64,000 nt of DNA. Source: Botryllus schlosseri (lineage: Eukaryota). Below, piece after piece: positions 38,701 through 50,700 of this stretch; within the stretch, counting starts at the first letter, position 1, and each line of letters starts with the position of its first letter. The notes beneath the pieces are model-generated. The model saw nothing but the letters and a program-made list of their open reading frames with translations, did not search any database and had not been told where the DNA came from. The position numbers were made by a program, and so were the translations under genes. The stretch lies in the NCBI GenBank assembly GCA_051294905.1, contig CM119381.1:15190001-15254000 (forward strand), in the 5' to 3' direction.

Positions 38701-41700
38701 TTCACCACATCTTCGTCTAATACCTTTCTGAACTGGGGTGTTGATGATACTAAACCTGTGAAATTTTATGTATTGTCACAACATATCTGCTGTTTATCAA
38801 AGATGTGAAATGGTGAATGTTGAGGAAAGGAGTGTCAATCCGTTTTATGCAAAAGTAGCTAGGATTGACACATTTTGGATGGATATACAAATATCTCCGG
38901 CCGTATCCAAATCTCATATTTGTATCTACGACCTTCCTTTACACGCAATGTCACATAGCGTTTATCTTCACTCTGCTTATTTTTGCCACTTTCCATCACT
39001 CAGATACCTCTTCCATTCTTCCAACATCTGTTCGATTCGGCCGTCGGCAACGAGAGCGGCGAAAATGGCGATGATGACTTCCCTCTCGCCGATGTCAAGA
39101 TAGTGAAGCCCTGTTCGGACGACCAATCTGCGCCAGATGATGGAGATGACGGTCTGACTGAAACCCAGGCGCAGGAGCGCCGCAGGTCCAGACTGCGTTT
39201 GGGAAGCGCGACGAAAGCCGTTAGAAAAGCTGTGGATGACGGTAATTAATACGTCTTTGTTGTGATCAACTGATCTCGGTGTAGGCAAGACTGAAGTAGG
39301 CCACAAGAATGTGTCCTTTTGGGCTTGATTTTGATTCACTGTTCAAGTGGCCCAAATTACGGATACAGGAAAACTGAAATGAGGAAATATAAAAAATTTA
39401 GAAATACCCCTATCCGAATTTTTGTGCGAGCACCCCGCGCCTTCTCATCTTCGCATATCCGAACGGCAATGATGAACAATCCAATCATTCGCCATTGCAG
39501 GTAAAATTTCTGATGCCGACCAGTCGAAGGAATCAAACGACGGAGATACATCATCTGATAGAAGTACGAACCATTCCGTATTTTTGAGCCTCTGGCTATT
39601 GTTTGGAAGTTTGTACCGCATCTTGCACAATGCAAATGTGTGCGATGTGCCTGTAGTCCAGTGCTTCCTAAACTTTTTTTATGCGCATCTCATTCTGGGC
39701 ACTTCTACTGAGCTCACGCACCACCACAAATGACGAAGGCCACTGTTTTAGCTAGACCACAAGTTCATAGTACTTAGATCACTGTGGTGGAGATTGTTTG
39801 CTGCGAAAGCAAGATTTGGTGGAGTGAGCCTGTATGGAATTAACATTTTGACAGGGCTTGATAAACAATCCCCCATGCAGCAAATCGAGCATACTAGATT
39901 GTTTGTGCCATTAGGGCATTACTTCATTTGATTAACTAGGGGCATGAAGCTTCCCTGCATCACTTGTAAAACCTAGTTTTAGTGAGTCCAATGTTACTAG
40001 GATACAAAGCATAATAATTAGAAATCTCATTTTACCTGTTTTTTTTCTGTTCCCAAATTTATAGGTACCCTGGTTCTACTAAATGTACTCACACTTGAAA
40101 TGCTCCCACACACCACAATTTGGGAATCACTGTTGTAGTCGATGGTCAACGTTTTGTTTGTTTGCGTTGTTCGTCTGAAAATTCTGGATTGAAGAAGCGT
40201 AGAAGTATGCATTGTTAGTTTTAATCCAGGCCATTTTAGATAACTTACTTTATTCCCCACTGTGCAAGCAATATGTTAAAGCATATCCCGCTCTCTCCCT
40301 CTCTCTGTTGCTGTTCGTTTGCTTATCGCCTTGTTCAAATAGACAAAACCAGTTCTGAAGAAGATGATTCGGAAGAAGAAATAGCTCGTAGACAGAATCA
40401 ATTTCAAATCGTGGTTCCCTCTATTCCGGACCTGCCTTCCATGGAGTACCAGGACTTTGAGGAAACGGACATCGAACAAGTCACCGAAGCCGTGACCGCA
40501 CGGGTGTTCGAGTATATGTACCACAGGTAACGCCATTATCTAATCCAGTCAAATTCTCCCCCACTCCCACAAACATGGCCTATCACTTGAAAGTTAATAT
40601 TGATGTTATTAAAAATGATGTAGTAGAAGTGGTCTCAGATCATAACCACTTGATGAAGTAATGCAAGTATGAAAAGCCTACTTAGTAATTTGTAAAAGTA
40701 GGTGTACTTCTTTAGTGACCATGTTTGGATTTTAATCAAGGTATATTCAAGTGTTGTGCCCCGAAAAGTCTCCCCTGAAAGATGCACGGCACGGAAGCGA
40801 TTCAAAATCATCACGTTCTGCATTTGTTCAGTGTTCAACCAGAGCATCGCCTGCACGTCACAATACTGACGCTGTTGAACATTCAACTTGATTTGTCGGC
40901 GCGGCGCGAAACATCAGACGCGGATGAAAATGCCGATAATCCTGTGCCGTTCACGGAAGACGAGCTGACCCTTTTGTTCAACGAAAATCCCGGATTCGGC
41001 TCGGGATCCGGACTCACGCTTGAGGAATTCGAATGCAAGGTACACGTGGGGAGGCCAGATATCCTGTTATGAAACTCATATTGATCGATATTGACAATGC
41101 TCACCTGAAATTAGTGACCGTTTGCTTGTTGTAATAGTTTAATCTGTTCAAGGCAAGACATTCTCATTGAGCAAGTATGCCTCTTTCAACACGTTTTTTT
41201 TGCTATAGTTGTAGGCCAGGGTGGGTGATTATGAAAATAATGAAACTGCGTGTTATGATATGAATGCTCCTGCTAGAGATGAAATAAATAGGTGCTGTTT
41301 TGGAAACGCCCCCGTGCAAAACTAATAACTTTGAACATCACATCAAATTTATGTAGAATTTTCGAAATAACACATCTGCACGCTTCCAATGTCAATAGCC
41401 TGATATTGCGCGGGCTGTTTAGGACAGTCGTCATTACCATATGCCATTGCCGATCATTTCCAGACTGTAGAGCTATTGTCAATTTCACTTTCAAGCACTT
41501 ACAAGTCATGATATGTCTAAGACAGAGCTTATTTTGTACATGTCATTTTGCAGGCTCCCGTACCGGGCTGGATTCCAGCCGATCTTTGGGAGGACATAAT
41601 TACCTTCTCCGTGTTACCCAGCTTGGAAGGCTTATGCGTGCAGCTTGCGGAAAACCCGGATGCTTGGAAAGAGTGGTACGATGCGACGCTGCCAGAGGTG

Positions 41701-44700
41701 GAAAATGAACTATCCGATAGGTTAAGAACGATTCTAATTCGAGTAATTTACCTTGTTTAGATGGAAGATATGCCCGCAAATCGAAGAGAAGTAAATGGCG
41801 AAATTGTAGAACGGCCCTTTTCGGATTTCCAAAAGCTGTTGCTCATCCGCACTTTGAGATCCGACAGATTGCTGCCGTCGATGGAGAATTATATCGCCAA
41901 CAATTTCAATGATTCCTGTTTGAAAGACGTGCGTGTCTGCCGAAAACGGCGGGGTTCGGGCTTTGAAACTTCCTCTTTTTCATGCAGATAATCTCTTCCA
42001 AGTCGGCCATCGATAAGGATGTCATGTTCAAAGATATATCAAACACCTTGGGAATATTGTTGATTTTGCCCGACCCGCACAATCCTGAAATTCAAACCGA
42101 AATGCCCACAAATCCGACTGATGCCATTAAGAAACTCTCTCAGAGGTAATGAATTGTTTTCAGATTAGATATTTCTGTATTTTTCGGGCTTCAGATGCCA
42201 CCTAATCTAAGCAACCGATTTTGCAAGCAAAAACTAATGAATGTAGATTGGTAGAAGGCTGGGTTGAAATGATATTTACTCAGACGACTTTGACTTTCTA
42301 TATATGTTATGTGTCGAGCATTCAGATAATTTTGGTAATTCAAAAGTCAGCGTCATTCAACAGCCAACATGTCGCCATTCAAGTCGAACTACAAGCAATT
42401 TCTACTGAATATGTGCTAGTCAGCCCTCAAGTTTACCGGACCACGACCTGACATATCGATCTCGCCTTCCGTCACATGCCACCTCATTTTGTAGCTGGTC
42501 CTTTTATATTATCTTCTTTTACTTTTCTTCCAGTATGCATGCCTCCTCCTTACATCGCCTCGGTCTGGGAGGGTGTCTGATTTCAAAGACTGCTCCAAGG
42601 CGTTTCGACACCTTCCTATCTTTTCATTGTATCGCAGTCTTGTGGTGTGTTGCAATGACGAAATTGTTTATAAACTGATAGTGATACTGAACATCGTCCA
42701 TATCCATATTTATATCTATATCGTGTTTCAGCTGTCGTATCAATCTGAACGTAGTCACTGTGGGTGAAGGCTGCCTTCCTGACGTGACCCAAGCTATCGA
42801 CCAGGCCCACGCTGACGACAGCTGGCTGGTAATCGACGGTCTACATTTGGCCCCAAAGAAGTGAGTCGGTTTTGCACTCTCAAATCTCCCATCGGCACAG
42901 ACAAAAACCCTTCATCCACCACTACAGATTCTTCGAAGACTTACAACTTCATCTCGCGAGAATCGGGAACATCAGCCGTCAGAGCGAGATGCTCTCCACG
43001 CAAGACTCGAACGAAGCAACGGGAAATGAGAGATCTGGGAAAACGCCGAAATTCCTCGTGTGGCTCACGACAAGGCCAAGCGCAGCTGTGCCGTCAACGT
43101 TGACGCAGTACTTGTACAAGTTATCTTGGAAGTCGCTGATTGATGTGGCAACAGTGAGTTGATCTCGACTCGAGACAGATTATTAGCAGTGATTGATTTA
43201 TGCTCAAATTCCAGACCTATATTCGGTTTGGACTAGAATATTTCGCAGCAGATGTATTAGGACTGGGCATAATTGAGTACATGAGTGACTTGGTTTTGAA
43301 TTTAGTATTATGCTTCGAGTCAAGTATTCAACTATCACAAATTATCACGTCATGAGAGCATGATTTACAAGGAAATTTCAACCATGTACCTTTTATGCGA
43401 CCTAAAAAGAAAATAACATTAGATAATTTTTTTTTCGTCCATACCTTTTCCATTGCACTTTGTAACTAGGTTTCGCAGTCGTAAATTGCCACAATTCTCC
43501 TATGGTCGATGCTCAAAGTGGCAAGGTCTAATATGATATTTTACTCAAGAATGTTAACAAATATGGTGTGGATAATGGTAGGCAAACTTATCATTGACAA
43601 TAATATTTTAAAACTATATTCATTGCAAACATTATTTTAGCATGTTAAAAAAGTTAGCTTTCAAATTCATTGACAGACTTGTCCTTTTTTAGAGTGTGTG
43701 TCCAGTTATAATTGTGCAATGTGCATATTTACTGAGTACCGGTATACGGAATGTATAAAAGTGTGCCGGTGTGTATGTTGTATTCCGGTTGCAAACATAC
43801 ATGGTTGTTTTGTTTCTATCTCTGAATGAAAACGAATTTATATGTTCAGTCGAAAAAAGAGGAAGAAAATACCGACCACCCTCTTTTCAAAACTTCAATG
43901 ACCCAAATTATTGAAAAGGTACGCCTGATATTTCTTGCATTGGCGTATCCGACTGCGAATGAGTCTATTTGCAAATTTCAGATTCCCGAAGAGCTGTTTC
44001 AATCCGTCGTTTCATCTCAAAACTCATCTGTCGTGCTGCTGTATGGTTTATGCGCGTGTCATTGCTTGGTCTTGTGCCGACAATGTTACGGATGGCACGG
44101 TGCTACAAGAAGATATGCCATATTTGATTCCGTGCTTTCTCAAGCCATTGGTTATATCATCTCAGGTAGCATCAGATTTTCTTGATGAGCAGATGCAAGC
44201 AGATTCTAATGAATAACTACTGGTCAGCGCTCGAGATTGCCAGACCACGATCTGATATCTTGGCTTCGCCGACACATGCCACCTCATTTTTATATCTTCT
44301 CGATTTTATGTTATCGTCTATCACCTATCATTCAGTGTGCATGCCTCTGCAGTCTGCATACACCTTCTAGGCCCAGCTAGATTCCAAAGACCACTCCAAG
44401 TCAATTCGACAGAAAACTTGTGGTGTTTTTAAAGGATAAAATTGTTAACAATAAGGCAAATTGAAATGAATTATTGATTTTTGGAATCACTAGGTTGGCT
44501 ATATTTTACATTAGTGAAATATTACTAGGTGCCGTTATAGTCAAAGACGAATGTGGATTTTAATTGTATTGTAAATGTATTTGAGGATATCAAATATTTA
44601 ATTACAGTTTCATGGCAAGGATTTAAGACTTTAATTAGAGGTTCCAACCCAGAGCAGAAGTGGAATTTCTAATACATTAAATCCGTTCAGTCTTTTTGTC

Positions 44701-47700
44701 GCAGCCGTACTAATATCGATAATAGTAATAAGAAGAATGTAAATACAATATGAATCTCCACCCTTATTTGTAAGATAAACCGAACAGTAATAAAACTAAA
44801 ACGACTGATAAATTGCAGCAGCGGCTCAAAACAAGATTTGTCAAGTCAACTCTTTTCATCTTTCAGAAAAGAACCATGCGCACAGCCTGACCCTGATCAA
44901 GAATCTGTATTCTGATATTGTCACGTGCCAACAAGACAAGGTATGGTTGCTGTAATTTGTAGTTTCTCTTATGTTGCCAGATGAAAATACATCGATGCCT
45001 TGCACAAGTACAAATGCACAAGTTTGAGTAGAATTTGACAAAAATATTTATTAATGAACATTGAACAACCTCTATTTGGACTATCCGTGCAGGTCTACGA
45101 TTCTATTTCCAGGCATTCACCGAGCGCATGCTTGATGATATTCTATCTCAAGTCATCAACGAAAATCCATCAAGCCTCGTTATGAATGGCACAGAATTTC
45201 CAATTCCAACTGGAAGCATGACGCAAGCCGGTAAAATGTTCCGTTTTTGAACTTTTCCATAAATACTTCAACTATTTTTTTCATGCAGATTTGAAACAGT
45301 GGATAGAGTCCAATCTTCCCGAAGATATCGACATGGCTCGTCTGACCTCGATAGACAAATCAGGCCTGGAATGGAGAACGCAGACGGAAACCGGTGAATT
45401 TTTGGAGCAACTGCAGGGCATGTTCAATGCACTGCACAGGCCAGGTGTGTAGACAATGTCGTCTATGAGCTATCATTCTTCATCTTGGAAAATGAATAAT
45501 AGTATGGGAGTCGGCAGGCCCGCTAAATCCTGATCCAATGTGATGAAAAAAGGAATCATACATTTTCGTTATACAGAGTATCATCCTAATAAAATTTTAT
45601 GATTTTGCAAATAGTGTGTTGGTGTTTTTACACAGAGGTGGTCAAAGTAGTCAACGTCTCTACTCAAATATAATTACATTTACTGCTTCAATTTATATTC
45701 AATTGAGAGTAATAGTCGCATATTCCTAGACACGCCAAAAGTACTTAGTAGATTTGGAAAGTAGCAATACTCTTTTGTGGCTCAGGAATGTGTAAATATC
45801 CTTGAATACAAAGAAGGTGCGGAGAAGGGGACAGAAAATTTCCAGAAATATTTCGTCACAAACCATAATAACATGTTCAACCAAATAAAAAAAATCGAAA
45901 TCCTGGTTTAAGATTTCAAGCCCAACACGATCTCAATCTAAATAATTCCCAGTCTGTGTAGTCGTTTCAAAACGTGGATGTGTCCGAGGGGTACCATGCT
46001 TTTAGCGATTATTTGGAAGTGACTGCATTCGAAATAGCCAGATGCATCGTCACGACTGACATAGAATGACTGACACTGCAAATATGTGATGCAAACATGT
46101 CCCAAAACTACTTTCTACAAAATCCAGAGTACATAAAGTATGTAGTTTTGAATGGTACGTAAGTGTGGAAGCAGTCTCGAGAAATTACATTGCATGAACT
46201 GACAGGGGTGGTCAGCATCAAGCTTACACCTTTAGTGACACTTCAACTGCAATTTGCCTGCTTGCTGTGCTTTCTCAAGTGATTATGTTTTACACTACCT
46301 ACTATTCTGCCTGGCACTTGGCATTTCTATTGGAAAAACTACGCCTACCATATATATTTTTTTGCTTACTCGGATATTGCTACTTCTACTTTTAATCGAG
46401 TAGTACTTCGTTACTAACCCTCTCCACAAATCATAACATGCATTTACCGATGTTCATACATGGTTTGTCAACGTTCACTGTGTGCTATATGCTTTTTACT
46501 TTTGTTGTGTGTTGAAATATGAAAACTACTCGAACCAGCAGTCCATTTTTGTGCAGGTTACGACACTTGCGTGGCGCTCCATGATCCTCTATCGGAAGCT
46601 CATCGGAATCCAGTAACTCTCGCCTTGCTGCAACCCGTGTTTGAATTGTGCTCAGAACAGTTACCTCCGCTGTTGGAACTTGGTATCGACCAACAAGACA
46701 CGCTGTTGGATTACGACTTCCCGTACCATCGCCCTTCCGTGTTGAGTGACTTGGCTCCAAGCTCGACGCCGTTCCCAGAATCAATAAGGTAACACAAATG
46801 CTAGTGAGCTAAACAGCATATCCGCGCTGCATTTGAAGATTTTAGCATTTGGTATCGCTTCGCATCTCTCCATGTGACCGGTATTATAAAACGGTGTTAT
46901 TACAGCTGGCAATTACTTTTCTGTAGTTGCAATGAACTGCAAGTGATTCTGAAATGATATTTGCGGTAAACTACACCTTTCAGATAGACTTTGACCACGA
47001 CTTATGAAGTTTAGAATTACTCGTTTGTTGCAGATTCCCGTTATGCTATCTATTTGGCCATATGATGGCCTCTGAATCATGGAAAGAGATTGGCATCCAT
47101 TGATACATTGCCTTTGATATGAAGTTTGAGAGTCTCTACTTCACTTTCCTCCTTTTCAATAGTATTCAATACGGCCATGTTTTTGAATCATTGCGGTAAT
47201 TTGCAAACTCCCGAAGATTGAAAAATGGAATCATTAATATGATATTAGTCAATCAATCATTAATATCAATATTAGATTTGCACCCGCCCTCAGAAATGAC
47301 TTGCTTGTGCTTAGCATCACGAAAACAATGAAAACTGTGTTTACATGCAGAGACAATTAGACATGATGAATATGAATCACCGTTGCCTCATTAAGTCCAA
47401 GTCATTTTCTGCCTATCTTGCTAATTACAAACCTTTCACATGTCTGATATCATGATACCCATGCATACTTTTGACAGCTTTGTCCTGATGAACGAATGTA
47501 ACTGGTTCAACTCGATGCTGTGTCATGTCCATCAGCAACTCCACGACCTAAAAGTAATCTTCGGATTTTCTTCCGACTACAAAGTGCCTGAATCTCTCAA
47601 CGAAACGGCAAACGCACTGCTCGCGGGAGAGATTCCTTGCACGTGGTAAGCTCAGTAGCTGTCTGGAATCTGGACATTGATAGTATGTATTGCAGTAGCC

Positions 47701-50700
47701 ATTTATTTGAGTAGCTTGGAAGTGAGGCAGGTACTAGCTTTGACCCTGCACTTTGAATGGAATTTATATGCTTTAAATGCGTAAGAATGATATTTGTGGT
47801 GAATGTCAACATAACGGCTATCCGACAGTTCCTATGAATAAGACATATCGATGATATATTTATAAGGTAAATGAGGTTCTGTGTGCTTACAATTAATGTA
47901 TCAGGTATTTTTAAATTACCTAAAGTCTTTTAGCTCAACAGAAAAGCCGACTAAAAGAACTCTTTTATCTCATAATTGACTTTTTCAATTCCAATAAATA
48001 TGGACCGCGATCGGCGATAACTGTAAGATTATCACGTTAGCTTCAAGTGGAGCAAGCTATGTCAATATATATCCACTTGGAGATCAATCCTTTTACTAAT
48101 TACACGATTACATTGTTTTGAATTATGAAAGCAATCAGGTGTGCGTATTAAGAAGATGAACATTAAGAACATCAATAGAGAGCTTGATCAAACTGGGTTC
48201 AAGTACTAATTAGAAATGATCATTGCGTTGGCTTGGTCTGGATGGCTCGGTTATGTCTTCTTGCTTTGATATCCTATTTAAAGTGCAATAAAATTTTGAC
48301 TTTGCAGGCTTTATCCGAGTGAGAGACCAAGCACCGACACACTTCTCACCTGGCTGGCTGATGTTAATAAAAAGTACAAACAGTTTAGGTTGTGGATACG
48401 GGAAGGCTTGGTTCCCGTCGGCACCAACTCTCCGGCGGTATGTATTGCCAGCTATTCCACTATGTAACATCGTAGTACAACTTCGTTTACTTCCATTTCA
48501 GGGTAAATTGTCTACTGTTTGGTTGGGTGGATTGGTTAATCCAAACGCTCTTCTGTGCGCTTTGTGCCACGAAAAAGCCGTGGAGCATGATTCACCAACT
48601 GAAACGGTAGGTAGAACATTGTACATAGACTGTACATGTGTAGTAATGTTACTTGAGTTTTATTCCTGTCAGGTAGCATAGTAGTAATAGCTCCATCCTG
48701 AAAATGCAATGTTAACTCTACTATGGGTCAGAGTAATGACATTAAAACTGTGATACAGAAAATCGGTATGCCAATTAACGTACTCGTTGTGAATCAGACA
48801 TTCTTCGACGCAAAAGCTGATCGTCGTTATACCTATTCCGACAGCCCACATTCAAAGTAATACTCTGTCATCCGCTTAAATCTGTTAAATCTGTGATCAG
48901 ATTCAGTTGAAATGCAAATTTTTGGAGGACGACAGCGAAGCAATTGATCAAGAACCCGGTTTCTTGGTGACGTCGCTCCACACACTGAACTGCTCCTGGG
49001 ATCCTAGAAAAGGTTGGTGAAACTTGCCCTGTGCTGCTATTCAGCATAAAAAATGCTTCGTTCATGCTTCCTTTGGGTTATACATGATATACACCGTTGC
49101 AAGTGCGAATGAGGCTACGTTGTAGAGAATGGTACTGGAGGTGTTTAACCCCAAGTTATTGTCATGTTTGTGGCAGGTGACACACCAGTAAGGTAACTGG
49201 CTTGTTCAAGACATCCAGCACACAGATATTTTTTCTACTAATTACAATAAATGATGTGTGATGAATCCTGGTATGTCAATATGAATATTAAGAAAAGATC
49301 TAAGTTGAATCCGAATTCAGGATTACCATTACCGGAATAAATCCACTCTAACTCACATTTTAAATATTAAAGGTTTCATTACCGATCAATCGAACACGGA
49401 ATCAACAAGTGAGCTACCGACAATATTTCTTTACGCGGATGTCAAGAATGATGGAACAAAGAGTAACGAATATCAATTTCCCATCTACATGAACTCGGTA
49501 CGATGTTACGTTTTTAGAACCTTCTTCGGATTTTGCAAAATATCCCCACAAAATATTGATGACTACATTGTAACTAGGAAATGTCAGATCGGCTAGCCGA
49601 CAAGCGCAAAGATCTAGGATAGTGGATTATCATGAAATAGCACCAGTATCATTGATCAGACACTTTCTAGTTTGGGATGAATTATCAATAGAAGACATCA
49701 GAAAAATCTAAGTATCTAAATTTTGACAAAAATGAGTAATGAAATTATTAATTAATTAATAGTAGGTATAGGGAACATACAGAAATTGAAATCTTGAGAA
49801 AAAGGATGATGGAAATTATTAATCGACAGTGCTTATAGGAATAATTTGGAAAATCCTTAGAAAATGTTGACCGAATCTCAGCGGGTTTATCACTTGTCCT
49901 GCAATTATACCGCATTAAGATGATGCAATTTAAATGAATTTTTTCAGTCACGGCAAGTGTATGTAAATACTTTGCCCCTGCCCCTCGACGAAGAGTCCTT
50001 CGTCAAGCCTGGAATGCCTTCTATGAACATCCAAAACGCGAGCGTTGTCTTGCAAACCGGAATCAGCCCGGTCAAGCGTGACACATTCAAGACTCGTACC
50101 TACATGGCCAAGAAAAGAAGAGAAGTTTACAATCGAATCGCTCCCGACGTTAGCGATCTCATGTCACGATCCGCTACTCGCTTGTCGTCCGCTCACCCGT
50201 CCTTGACAGGTACTGTATGTTATGTTGCTATGATGTACGAATTTATGCCTGTTTGATATGGAGTATGACTGACCCAAAGGATATTGTCTGTTACATCCGT
50301 AATTCGGCAGATTTTAAAAAGTGATGTACATGAATAAGGTATTTGTGTAGGAGGGGACTAGATTGGATGAATCGGTAATAGGAAGGGATAGTCAGAAATA
50401 AAGTACCTAAACTTCAGAGTAAGTGGTAATGTTTCTGGACTGTTCCCACTTCTACTTAACAGTGTTAAGTTTTTTTAGGCAAAACTAGGCCTAGAATACT
50501 TACTTTTCTACTAACTAGTAAATCTCTGCTTCCAATAAATTTACCAATGACGACGACATTGACAATCTGATTTAGGATATCCGGTGGGGTCCGTGTCCGC
50601 CAAAGCCGATTCCGTGACCGGTAAGAGAGACAGTATCGCGTCTCAAGCGACATTACAACTACCGAAAATGGCGAAAAGAAAGCTGTCCAACTCATCCTAC

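Noticed and set aside
7551-49372. Six AAG-type splice acceptors
   Set aside because: They are a minority class of ordinary AG acceptors, and 6 of 79 is not clearly unusual without a genome baseline.
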